From Octopus vulgaris (taxonomy: Eukaryota): a stretch of DNA of 64,000 bases. The stretch is taken from positions 51,894,001 through 51,958,000 of the forward strand of contig OX597822.1 of the NCBI GenBank assembly GCA_951406725.2, given 5' to 3'. Made by a program: the position numbers and the translations under genes. The first letter of the stretch is position 1. Every line of letters begins with the position of its first letter. This document shows positions 27,970 to 39,999 of the stretch, one piece after another. The notes beneath the pieces are model-generated. The model did no database searches. It worked only from the letters and a program-made list of their open reading frames with translations, and had not been told where the DNA came from.

Positions 27970-28410
27970 TGTAGGATAATTTTTTTTTCTTTTTTGAAAA
28001 ATGGTCAGCATATTAAAAAATACCTTTAAAGGTTAAATTTATATAATTCATAAATAAGAGCAAACGAAAAATTTCTAATGCCAAATATGCCGAAAAATTG
28101 GACATATTGTCCATTAACCATATAATTTTTTCACAGTAAGCACGCTACTCGAAAAAAGGTCAACAGAAATTTCTAAAAAATTCCATTATTACCATATCGG
28201 ACCGATTTCAGGGTTAGCTCATAAGAGCCCTCCCTTCGTCAGTGATAAATGTGGTAAAAGAAATAAATGAGATACTTACTCATACCCAAGGAAGAAACAA
28301 ACACTAAGTCATGGGCACAATTAAGTACCCCAAATACATCCAAAATAGAAATACCCCAGCCCATTCCAGACACGTGCGATTTGAACTGAGGCCCTCACAG
28401 AGTGAGAGAG
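27970..28410 (-). mobile_element. HHR-bearing non-autonomous element between (TA)n tracts; homologous to 33935-34610
   Basis: Shares CAGCATATTAAAA-TACCTTTAAA, GAAATAAATGA.ATAC and AAGTACCCCA with the 33.9-kb copy. Confidence 0.75.
28195..28247 (-). ncRNA. Minimal type-I hammerhead ribozyme
   Basis: Minus strand reads TATCA-CTGACGA-AGGG-AGGGCTCTTATGAGCTAA-CCCT-GAAA-TCG-GTC-CGATA. Confidence 0.7.
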
Positions 28411-28465
<55 letters not shown>

Positions 28466-28473
<8 letters not shown>

Positions 28474-29123
28474 GAAAAAAATACATTTTATCAATTTAAA
28501 ATGAACAATTAAATTACACCATCTAGAAAATTACATATAATAAAAATATTAAAATTAAATTAACAATAGAATATCAATGATTAAGTAACTTGCAAAAAAA
28601 TAATAAAAACGTATATAATTGGTAGAATAACGACACGTGTTTCGTGGCTATATCTAAGAAATTATTATAGTAGTAATAAAATCACTTCGATATAAATATA
28701 GATATAAGTTACGATAGATATTAATTCTTATATCTATCTATATTTTTTCTAAATATATATATTTATATATATAAAGGGATCTAACGTATTACAGTTAATT
28801 TAATTTGAGGATTAGTTTGATTAGATAATATATTATTTAATTATTAGGTGGCATATTTATTATGTAACATTACATTATAAGTTAATTAGGTATTATATTA
28901 ATTGTTATTTAGCCAACTATGTTATAAGGTTGATATATTAAATCTATAGATACTACACGTATATTAATTATATAGCTTATTTAATGAGTTTGACTATATT
29001 TGAACCACTACTTATTTCGATTACAATTTAATGACTTGTACTAGCATTGTGTATTTTAATAAATTTTAAAGTATTTAATAATTTAAATATTGTTTTAGTT
29101 TTCACTTATGTATATTTAGTATT

Positions 29124-29158
<35 letters not shown>

Positions 29159-29545
29159 TATTTATTTTATTAATTAATTATTTCATTATTCTAGTTTATT
29201 TTTAACCTGATGAGTGGCTATATTTATATCGAAGTGATTTTACTACTACTATAATCATTTCTTAAATATAGCCACGAAGCACGTGTCGTTATTCTACCAA
29301 TTATATACGTTTTTTTTTTTTTTTGCAATTTACTTAATCATTGATATTTTATTGTCATTTTACTTTTAATATTTTTATTATATGTAATTTTGTAGATGGT
29401 GTAATTGAATTGTACATTTAAATTGATAAAAGGTGTTTTTTTTTTCAATTTTTAATATATATATATATTATATTGTGTGAAATTTGATTTAGTATTTCTA
29501 AATTGAATTTTCTTCCCTGTAAGTTTGGATTTATATTCCCTCAAA
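28466..29545 (+). mobile_element. Penelope-like element end with ~240-bp inverted pLTR copy
   Basis: 28466-28720 is the reverse complement of 29219-29455. It is flanked by (TA)n and contains an HHR at 29203. Confidence 0.8.
29203..29291 (+). ncRNA. Type-I hammerhead ribozyme with a 12-bp stem II
   Basis: TAAC-CTGATGA-GTGGCTATATTT-(loop)-AAATATAGCCAC-GAA(G)C-ACGT-GTC-GTTA. The inverted arm retains GAAAC. Stem III is the palindrome ACACGTGT. Confidence 0.8.
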
Positions 29546-29579
29546 TAATAATAATTATTATTTATATTATATATATATA

Positions 29580-30010
29580 ACTAAAGCCAACTACTTGGAT
29601 ATTACCCTTAACTTATATAATGATTCATATTTACCATGCCATAAACATTCAATTAATTTAAAATATATTATCTCTTTCATCAATCACAAGGAATTTAGTT
29701 AGGAATATTTCACTTAGACTTTCTACGTTATTTGCCAATGTTGATGTCTTCAAAGAAAATGCCGAAATTTATATCTCTGCTTTACTTAAAGCAGGCTATA
29801 AAGGAAAATTACCTATATTAACCCTATTGACATTAATTCTACCTGTATTAATCAGGATATGAAATCACGGCATAACGGTAATAGCAATATACATTTCAGC
29901 TCGAATAACAACATTACATTGAAAAATTTGATTTTGCAGCGTGAGATAACCGTTGTTTAAGATCCTTTTTTCGTTATAACAGTACATCTAGGACTTTTTA
30001 AAATAATTAA
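29580..30010 (+). pseudogene. Penelope-like reverse transcriptase fragment (RT motif 6-7 and thumb)
   Basis: KANYLDITLNLYNDSYLPCHKHSINLKYI..NH / LVRNISLRLSTLFANVDVFKENAEIYISALLKAGY matches the PLE 'NFLDVTLNL..Y.PY.KP...YI..SNH...IS.RLS.LS.N...F..A..Y..AL..SGY' pattern. Confidence 0.75.
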
Positions 30011-30275
30011 CCTAATAACAAGGTATGTCCTGGTAAAACTGTTTGGTTGATAATTCCATATGGTAAGCAGATTATGGTTCCATCACAGTCATTAATAGAT
30101 GCTATCACACTAGAAGAGATTTATTAGTTTGCACCCATATGTAGATCCATATGTTCATTCAGTCGGTGTATACATAGAAATAATTATATCTAAATATATA
30201 TATATATATAAATGTTTATATATACATATATATATATATATGCACACACATCTACCTGTGTGTGTATAATTATAC

Positions 30276-30307
<32 letters not shown>

Positions 30308-30882
30308 ATGTGTGTGTGTGTGTGTGTATGTATGTATATATATGTATATATATATATATATACTTTCATCCGTATACATTCCCTTATACATTTATATCGC
30401 AACACTTTATAGACACGTACTTACTACTTACATACACATGCTAATACTCAAGTACCTACCATATATATACCAGTAATTTTACCGAAATCATTATCACACT
30501 GATTTCGAGTAAAGAGTGGATTGATATGAGAATATAATCATAGCTACATACAAGTTATTACAATTATCACATAATTCAGGTAAACAAGAATATAATCTTG
30601 CCATTGTAAGTAATCAGAAATTTTAAGTATGCCTTAGCTGAATAAAGAATTGATATTGTATTGGATATTATATATTTTTTCTAAATTACGGAAAGGAGCT
30701 TTTCAGTCTATGCTTGCATTTTAACATAATCTCTTGTCTGTTCATTAGTTATCATTGCATAATGGTAAACTAATAAACAGACAATAGATTATATTATATT
30801 ATATAATGCTATATATTATATGTTTTACATTTCGTGGTGAGGACCAAGAAGTGCTGTAATACATTTTTTCTTATGAGAATTA

Positions 30883-33129
30883 CACTGGTCAACAAAATGA
30901 AACTTCTTTTAATCATCAGAGTTGCAGATTGACTTTTCTGGTTAATTTCTGGTGCTGATTATGAATCTGGAGTCCGATCTCCTTTACCAGTTCACATTTA
31001 CGTGTTAATAATACCTGCTGTATTAACGTATAATATACGTAAAGCATGTCTATATAAAGTATATTGAATACAAGATACGATAATTTCATGGCTTTTTATT
31101 GTACAAAATTACAGTTATTGTGTACAAATAAGTTAGAATACACTCAAACTTAAAAACAACTTAAAATCTTTGAGATTTGGACTTTCTATAGTGTTTTGTC
31201 ACGGGTTCATCCTTGCATAACATCCAACAGTTGTCAGCTAACATTCCTGCATTCCAAAATCCTTGATATCTTTGTTACATCTATGAAATATCTTGATGGA
31301 AGCGTTCCCTTTGCTCATCAGACACTATTCTAAGGTTCTCTACAAAAACGTCCAGATGTTAATCAAGGAAATGGACTTTTAGTGACACCCAACATCCTAT
31401 TGTAGCGTAGGAGTCTAGAAGACATTTCACTCCATTTCCAAACTCTAGAGATTTCTTGTTGCCTAGGAAATTTTCACAGAGCCATTTGAAGGATTCCCAG
31501 GCTTTAAGCTCAATCTCATCCAGTGTTGTGAGGAAGAAGTTGTTGTCCTTCAAGAGTTCTTTTATCTGCGGACCTATGAATATGCCCTCCTTCAGTTTTG
31601 CCTCAGAGATTTTTGGAAATTTGGCCTTCACATTATCAAAACCTTTTGAGCTTTTCCTGGCAAGTGTCTTCACGAATTGTTTCATAAGGCCAAGCTTTAT
31701 GTAAAGAGTGGTAAGGAGAAAATTTTCTGGGTTTAAAAGTGGCTTACTCTAACCGCTAGAAACTCCCGGTTCATATGATTTTCGCAAAGGCCACTCTGAT
31801 TGCACTTAGTGCTTGTTAGTGGCACGACTGTCCCATAGGCATAAAAAGCAACAATATTTCGTGAACCCAGATTGCATTCCCATCAACATTCCAATCACCT
31901 TCAAGTCGCCACATATTTTCTAGCTGTAGTTTGTATACTTTATAGCATTGAGGAGTACTCGCATGTTTTCATAACACTCCTTCATGTGCACTGAATGTCC
32001 TATGGGAATGGATGGTTTCTCACTGCCATTGTGTAGTAGTACTGCCTTGAGGCTTTTCTTAGATGAATCAATGAATAAGCGCCATTCCGCTGGAACATGC
32101 TCTTTGAACAAACAGCGAAATAACTCATCGGTGTTATTACTGAAACAATGTGGTCCATCAACAGAGAAGCATGAAGTCAGATCCCTATTTCTCTTCCTGA
32201 AATGAATAATACAAACATCTTTTTTAAGCAGACACTTTTCTTGTAGGCGTGATGCTAATAGTTCAGCTTTATTCCTCGACAATGATAAGTCTCTAACTAT
32301 ATCATTTAACTCTCCTTGAGAAAATTTCTGTGGTACGTCTTCATTTTCAATCATGAAATCTGCATCCACTTCGGTGTCTTCCACAGCAGTAGTATTTTCT
32401 TCAGGAAGTATACCTTCGTCATACATCTGAAGGCCATTTTCTGGTGGTATTGGAATAGGAAGATCATCATCGTTGTGTGGTACTGGTATTCTTGCTGATT
32501 CCAAGTTGGGATACACAATCTTATGTTTGGTCTTTACAGTAAACCCACATTCATTAGCGTTGCAGAAATAACAATCCATGAAATGATTCTTTGGCTCTCT
32601 CCATATCATAGGTATTGCAAACGGCATTGCTCTTTTCCTCGTATTTAGCCAATCCCTTAGTCCATTTGAACAAGCTGAGCAGATGATGTGCGGGGCCTAA
32701 CCCTTATCTTGATCCCTGAGAGAGCAGCCAAAGTATAACTGGTAGATCTTCTTGATTTCATTTGTGATAGCACGTTGCTGAGCTTTGGTGTTAAATGAAC
32801 TACAGACATGACAAAACATATCAGGACTGTTCTTGCAATGCATTGACATCCTGAGTAAAATTTGATGATGATGATGACTTGGCACCTTAAACAGAAAAGA
32901 AAAGATTATGAAAACATAAAATTACAAAATGAATGCAAATAGTTATAAAGCAGAAGTCAGAATTTACCTGTATAAGACGTTTACGTGTAGCGATATTGCT
33001 GATAGGATTTATATACCTCTCTTATCTCATCAGAAAAACTGTGCCTGATAGAAGGAAACCAATTACATTTTTGAAATATGCAGACAAAACTACATATAAA
33101 ACAACATATAATATTCCAGTTGACTAGTG
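30883..33129 (-). mobile_element. Full-length Chapaev3-type (CMC superfamily) DNA transposon, 2247 bp
   Basis: TIRs CACTGGTCAAC and GTTGACTAGTG. TSD TTA (3 bp) at 30880-30882 and 33130-33132. It encodes a decayed transposase. Confidence 0.85.
31170..32849 (-). pseudogene. Chapaev3-like transposase, disrupted by several in-frame stops
   Basis: MSMHCKNSPDMFCHVC...PHIICSAC...MPFAIPMIWREPKNHFMDCYFC...EWRLFIDSSKKSLKAVLLHNG...CGDLKV..GFTKYCCFLCLWDSR...IKLGLMKQFVK...SLKVHFL..H...SDEQRERFHQDI. Spans ORFs 32697-32885, 31920-32627 and 31359-31685. Confidence 0.85.
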
Positions 33130-33214
33130 TTATTATTGATTTATATATGAACCGTTGAATAACCTATTTTGAATACCGAAATGAGCAAACCGCTAACGGT
33201 CCCTTACTAATTAC

Positions 33215-33284
<70 letters not shown>

Positions 33285-33290
<6 letters not shown>

Positions 33291-33475
33291 GTTTGGAGAT
33301 GATGTACAGGTATTTTATATTAGAAGAAATGAGATACTCAGAAATTCGAATGGACGAAAGCGCTTTATATGATATATGATATAAGTTATATGATGTATAA
33401 AAACATGTAATATACAACTAAATGCCTGTAAATATAAAACCATCCAAATTTCTGAGTACATCATTTCTTCTAACA
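33285..33475. repeat. Short inverted-repeat element between (TA)n tracts
   Basis: 33320-33353 pairs with 33440-33473. It contains GAAAGCGCTTTA, resembling an HHR 3' half. Confidence 0.6.
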
Positions 33476-33478
33476 CAC

Positions 33479-33509
<31 letters not shown>

Positions 33510-33890
33510 ATTATAACTTAGGGTACCTACGAGATACCACAATGCTGAAAATAACAGCCATGATCTAACTCTAAAACCACCTTAGGTGTTCATATAGTAA
33601 CACGAAGAGAAGACAAAAAGACAAGATAAAACTAGTAAAAAGTTACTGGATAACTACTGGATTACTAGTTTTATCTTGTCTTTTCTCTTCTCTCCGTGTT
33701 GCTATATGAACACTTAAGGTAGTTTTAGAGTCAGATCATGACTGCTGTTTTCAGCATGGTGATATCTCGTAGATACCCTAATTTATAATTTTAATAATTA
33801 TTACCTTTGAAGGTTATTTTCTTCTATGCTGGCCACTTGATAAGATCGTTATTTTATTTTAAATTAACGATCTTATCCTTATTTATATAA
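33510..33890 (+). mobile_element. Fold-back element in a (TA)n tract (~128-bp arms)
   Basis: 33510-33638 pairs with 33662-33788. The 3' extension carries the shared terminal motif. Confidence 0.8.
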
Positions 33891-33934
<44 letters not shown>

Positions 33935-33938
<4 letters not shown>

Positions 33939-34612
33939 CTACTACTACTAATACAGGATAAAATTTTTTCACAAAAATATTTCATCAAAAGTGGCAGCAT
34001 ATTAAAATACCTTTAAAAGTTAAAATTATAAACAACTTATAAACAAGGGCAAAAGAAAACTTATTTCTATGCCAATATGCTGAAAACAGACTTTAAATCG
34101 TCCATTTCCAAATTTCATTATACATTCACTATAAATACACGTCGTGCTGAAATCGAGGAAAGCTAGCCAACAGAATTTTTTTAAAAACAAGTTCGTTATT
34201 TCTATATTGAATCAATTTCGGGATTTATCTTATAGATTCTGCCCTCTTCAGTAGAAAATACGAAAGAAATAAATGAAATACGTATACGCACGCATGGAAA
34301 AACCACAAACAAGAGTCATGTGTACACATAAGTACCCCAGTTATATCTAAATGTAAAATCCTGTAGACAGCCTCAGCACACATGTGAACTATTCTGAATC
34401 ACAACTTATAGGTGTTACCAGTCCCTAAGTAATAAATCTACTACTAATATAAATTTTTTTTCAGAAAAAAGTTCATGAAAAGTAGCAGCATATTAAAATA
34501 CCTTTAAAAGTTAAAATTATACACAACTTTAAATCGTCAATTTCCACATTTCATTATATGCTGTTATTGGCACATAGAAATAATTTTTCTTTTGTCCTTG
34601 TTTATAAGTTAT
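33935..34612 (-). mobile_element. HHR-bearing element: ~500-bp unit, partial tandem copy, and an inverted piece
   Basis: 33937-34035 is repeated at about 34438-34530. 34565-34610 is the reverse complement of about 34034-34078. A degenerate HHR, CTGAAGA-GGG...CCC-GAAA, lies on minus at about 34205-34256. Confidence 0.75.
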
Positions 34613-36019
34613 ATATATATATATATATTCACTTAGAATTAAAAGAGTAGAAATTGTATAGCGTCATATATATATATATATATATATATATACATTTTAT
34701 GCATTTATAAGTGAGGGACTTCAAAGAAATTATTGCGTCGAATGAAAATATCACGGTATGTCGAATTTCGTCAGATTTGCATTCTTTATTCTAATGCACT
34801 CTTTCTATTACTAGCATATCAAACGACCATCCCTCTATATATTACTAGCGTATCAAACGACCATCTTTCAATGAAGAAATTCTCTTATACATCAGCTGGT
34901 AGGTAGTTTGGTATAGAACTGAACGATTGTATCAGATTGATAAAATCGAATTCATTAATCCATTTAAAATACTTTAATTCCTTGAAATATCTTTCTTGTC
35001 AGTTTTAGAGGTCCGCCATCGACATTCACGGCAGCTTTATGAATTATGGGCACTCAATCTACCAACGAGAAACAAATAAAAGATAATTGAGTTTCACTTA
35101 GAATTAAAAGAGTAGAAATTGTATAGCGTCATATATTTAAGTCGCCTCTATCTTTAATTTCCGTCAGTTCACAAAGAAAATGTAGTAATTATATCTTCTT
35201 GGTTATAGCGCCTAGAACTTCTATAGGAAGAAACTAAAATGGGATTTGTCAATTAATGTTTCTCTTGCTTTTGTTTTTATAACCTGATTTCATATCCTAG
35301 GTAATGAAATAAGCTCGAAGATTGACCAGCCCATCATGTTTTATAACCACGACTATATTTACTTTATTTCTCCTTGTCTTTTTCTTGAAGTCAATAGGAT
35401 GCGAAAGAATGTAGATTAAGTTCGTGTTTCTAAAAGTCAACTGACCACGAACACATGTCTCCTTGGTTTATTATTCCTGTGCATAAAATATATGACATAA
35501 ATAACATGCAGCTATTTATTATATTAAAGTGCTAACGGTAAACTCCTGTAGTGTAAAACTGACCTTTTGACCGTACTGCTCAAGGGAGGAGTTTGCTGTC
35601 AAAATCTAAGTCTTCACTTTTTGAGGTAAACAAATTAATCGTTGTTGTTTCTAGGATTGTCAGGACTTTCATTCAGCTACTACTATTTTGTAATCTTCGT
35701 GTATCAGCCCCTTTAATTGTTTTTCTGTGTTTTATTATTCATAATTTAATATATTAATATTGTTAGGTGCTTCATTGTAGTTGCTCTTATGCTATTTTTA
35801 TTTATACCATCCCTATTATTATTTAAAGTATTGTTACTAGCATTAATATTATTTGTAATTATTAATATGTTAATATGGGTAAGTAGTTCGTTATATTCCT
35901 TCATATATATAATTAATATTATGGACACCCAATTTATATGTATCATATTTTTTATCCTCATAATCTGTATTTATTTCGCTGTTGTAGTTTAATATTTAAT
36001 TTAATATTGGAATACTTAA

Positions 36020-36231
36020 AGGCGACGAGCTGGCAGAAACGTTAGCATGCCGGGCTAAATGCTTAGTGGTATTTCGTCTGTTTTTACGATCTGAGTTCAA
36101 ATTCCACCGAGGTCAGCATTGCCTTTCATCCTTTCGAGGTCGATGAATTAAGTACCAGTTGCGTACTTGGTCGATCTAATCAACTGGCCCTCTTCCCCAA
36201 AATTTCGGGCCTTGTGCCTAGAGTAGAAAAG
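36020..36231 (+). mobile_element. SINE family A (alternative tail)
   Basis: Perfect 17-bp TSD AATATTGGAATACTTAA at 36003-36019 and 36232-36248. Confidence 0.92.
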
Positions 36232-36416
36232 AATATTGGAATACTTAATTTGTTATTCTCATATGGGTATCATATTCTGTCAGATTAGTAACATATTATC
36301 TATCTATAATATTTATCATTCAATTATATATTGAAATAAAGAATAGTGGTACAACAATGCACCAATATTTGCTGGAAGTAACAGTCGATAATATACGACG
36401 CTATAGTAACACTTCA

Positions 36417-36472
<56 letters not shown>

Positions 36473-36687
36473 TGGCAAAGACGTTTGCGGGTGGCGAACA
36501 TAAAAAAATTATCTTTTCTGTAGGAAGAACATTAGATAAATGTACAACCTAGATGTGAGTAATCATGGACCTAGGTTTCCAACTCTCGAACATACGTTTT
36601 TTACCGTAAATTTGATTAGTTCGCCTCAGTTAGATTCACCGAGACAAAACTTTGAATGTTGCTACATCACCTCCAATATATATATAT

Positions 36688-37060
36688 AATCCAAATAATA
36701 AGAAGACAAAGAAGTTTGTTAACACTTCTTTAGTAATTCGATACAATTGTTTCTGTACCAACTCTGCTCGCAACGCCAGTTTACGCAAAAGATTGGCGTT
36801 GTCACAGACCTGGTACAGAAACTAATGTCTAGAACTGTTAGAAGTGTGTTAAAGTATTTCTTAGTCGTCTTATTTTTTAGATTATAATTTACTCTTTGCC
36901 AAACCCACACACCGGTATTGCCGTCGTAAATCTAGGATTGTCTACGTTTGAAGAATTTCGGCATTGGTGTAGAACCCGACAGTGTTGATAACCCAGAATT
37001 TGGGTTGAGTGCTTTTCTGGAGACACCCTACATTTAGACTCTACCAGGACCTATAATATA
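36688..37060 (+). mobile_element. Fold-back element (~95-bp arms) with HHR 3' half
   Basis: 36688-36782 pairs with 36790-36886. The arms carry GAAAC-AATT-GTA and GAAAC-TAAT-GTC. Confidence 0.7.
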
Positions 37061-37123
37061 TCAATATACATATATATAAGTGTGGGTGTGTGTTTATGTG
37101 TGTGTGTATACATACATACATAT

Positions 37124-37168
<45 letters not shown>

Positions 37169-37193
37169 CATATATATATATATATTTATATAC

Positions 37194-37247
<54 letters not shown>

Positions 37248-37388
37248 TTAGTTATAGTTATGGTATAATCTGTAAAGAACGTAGTAGGGTAGGGTATAGA
37301 GCCCGTCCACCTTCAGATTTATCCTGTACTATCCAGTAGTAATATTATACGTATTTCTAGGTTTGCGTTTGGACATCTATCATGTGGG

Positions 37389-37712
37389 AATAGGTAATTG
37401 AAGAAATTGGAGTAAACACTTAGGGGTACGATTGGACATTTATTTTTTAATCACTACAATTGTTTCGGCGCAATGTAGTCCTCCTGGTGCGCAGATACTT
37501 GATAATCCAATTGTTTCCCTGCATTATGGAGACAATATTTACATATCGCGTGAGGAAACACAACTAGATTTCATAATGCAGAGAAATAGTTGCATAATCA
37601 AGTACCTGCACACCTGGAGAACTACGTTGCGTCGAAACAATTGTAGTGATTAAGAAAATAAATGTCTAGCTGTACTCCTTGTTGTTGACTCCAATTTCTT
37701 CAATTATCTTAT
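37389..37712. mobile_element. Fold-back element (~140-bp arms) with HHR 3' half
   Basis: 37389-37530 pairs with 37570-37712. GAAAC-AATT-GTA is present in both arms. Confidence 0.75.
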
Positions 37713-38298
37713 TATATGCATACTCACATACATACACAACTTGTAAATAAGACTTTTAAATTGCCATATTGATCTTTAATTCTTGGTGACTGCTAATAAT
37801 GAAATGGCCAGACATCCAAGTGGTCCACTATAAATAGTAACATCACGTTCTAAAGTATAATTGTAAAACAACAAAACAGTACTTAAAAGAAATCATACGT
37901 CCACAATATTTTTTAATCAATTTTTCAATCTTTTCCCAACAAAACAAAAAATTCCATAAGGAGGGCACTCATACATTTAATTGCTTCAACTAGAAATTAT
38001 TTCTATGTCACAGTCCCATCGACACAAGCTTATTTACCGTAATATATTCCAATTGTAGTTATTACCTGTGACAAGACCAGCCGTTTTTAGAGCAGATATA
38101 TAATTAAAGTCGTTACATCCATACCTATTATAGATATTTGAAAAATATGTAACTCTCCCAGTACGACAATATTCACATTGTCCTACATTTCTAGGACTAC
38201 TGGCCTTCATATGCATTCTTTTGCTACAAGCTATCCTAACACATAATAACGACAAGATAAGTATATTATATTATAGTAAACCTTTGCAAATAATATTG

Positions 38299-38590
38299 GC
38301 TTCAAATTTTTGCTCAAGGCCAGCAAGTTCAGAGAAAGAGCTAAGTTGATTTCTTCCACCCCAGTACTCAACTGGTACTTGTTTTATCAACCCCAAAAGG
38401 ATGAAAGGCAAAGTCGTCCCTCGTTGGAAATTGGACTCAGAACGTAAGGAGGGACGAAATGCCGCTAAATATTTTGCCTGGGTTGCTAACGATTCTACTA
38501 GCCTGCCGTCTTAGAACGTAAAGTCGGAAAAATGCCGTTATATATTTTTACCGGCATGGTAACGATTCTGCAAGATCGCTACCTCAACTT
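38299..38590 (-). mobile_element. SINE family A, diverged, with duplicated head
   Basis: Core ACTGGTACTT..AAAGGATGAAAGGCAAAGTCG. The head segment AGAACGTAA...AACGATTCT occurs twice. Possible TSD AAATAATATT. Confidence 0.75.
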
Positions 38591-39259
38591 TTATAAATAA
38601 TATTCACAAAAATAAAAACTAATGAAATTGCTTCAATCAATCACGTTGTTGTTTTACTTATTTATTTATTTCTATATTTTCAATGTGAATAAATAATAGA
38701 TGACGTCTGTGTATGACTAGTACTAAAGATATAAAAGTTTCAGATATATTACTAAGAATTATTACATCTTGGTTCTGTGGTCAATGTTATTTAAGTCAAG
38801 CGTGATTTAACCAGAGACACAGTTCTTATTAAGAAATTCAATTACCGTTATATATGTTGTCCCGGGAAAAATAAGTGACATAGTGTAATTGCACCTTATT
38901 CATGGCAGACGACATTTTAAAGAAAATTGATTGCAATAGCTTGTTTACCATTGTCTCCAGGTTTATAATAATCATTCTTTCCAACTCTAGTTTCCTATTC
39001 CTCACACACAAACCATTTGCAAATACTCCCTTCTCTTCTCCCGCCCCCTTCTTTCTCTCTATGTATTTCTTTCTTTATTGCTATTTCCTCCAATTCCTCC
39101 TTTCCTTTCACTGTTTCAGACACTCTGTCATGTCGATTTTTATATATTTTTCTTTATATGCGTATGTGTATGAGTATACATATGTGTATGTGTATATGTA
39201 TTTCTGTGTATATATGTTTGTGTCTATGTATGTGTTCGTTTGCATACGTGTTTGAATGC

Positions 39260-39298
<39 letters not shown>

Positions 39299-39424
39299 TG
39301 TGTGTGTGTAGAACAATGAATTGTAGTGACAGAAAGTTATTCGTTAAACTATGCCCAAATATATACATGTAAGCATATATATCGCGGTGCATACGAATAG
39401 GTAGATGCATAAAGAATTCTTTAA

Positions 39425-39628
39425 ATTCTAACACAATGCCAGTCGTTTTGAGGGTAAGGATCAAGTCGATTACATATAACATCTCAGTGGTACTGTATTT
39501 ATCGACCCCCAAAAATAAGAGATGGAGCTGATTTCTACGAAATTTTACCTTAGAACATAAAGGGATGGGGAAAATGACTCCAGACATTTTGCCCGGCGTT
39601 CTAACAATTCTACCTGATCGCCCCCTTA
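39425..39628 (-). mobile_element. SINE family A, degenerate
   Basis: TCAAGTCGATTACAT...TTTATCGACCCC...CATTTTGCCCGGCG. Confidence 0.6.
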
Positions 39629-39792
39629 ATGATGTATGACCAATGATACATGAATTTAGCTAGACAACATGTGTAGCCATATATGTCTTTATACAAATGT
39701 AAGTGTATACAAGGCTGTACCTGAGCATGGCCGTAGTCTAATGACTGAGACAAGTAAAAGAGTAAAAGAATAAGAGAATATGTGTATTTATT

Positions 39793-39985
39793 CAGGGTGC
39801 GTTGAATAAATTGTAGTCTGAATTACACAAAAGTAACACTGATAACTCATTTTAACAGATATATACGTGAAAATATCTCGAAATACGAAAGATTAAATAT
39901 AGTCAATAAAATCGCCATTGGCTTCAATCACGGCCTCCGGACAACTTCGGAATCTCCTGCAACTCTTCTGGACGATATCGTGTCT
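39793..39985 (-). mobile_element. Tc1/mariner-superfamily (maT/DD37D-like) 3' end
   Basis: Minus translation DIVQKSCRRFRSCPEAVIEANGDFID. The terminus is CAGGGTG-like. Confidence 0.65.
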
Positions 39986-39999
39986 ATTAAATAAAATTT

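Noticed and set aside
34628-35137. 44-bp direct repeat (TTCACTTAGAATTAAAAGAGTAGAAATTGTATAGCGTCATATAT) and short duplications at 25845-25908 and 34807-34865 as a CRISPR-like array
   Set aside because: Only two copies of each, with no regular spacers and no cas genes, in a eukaryotic context. These are local duplications.
38902-39587. 117-159 aa ORFs
   Set aside because: Low-complexity F/S/Y/V composition overlapping microsatellites and a decayed SINE; no domain signal.
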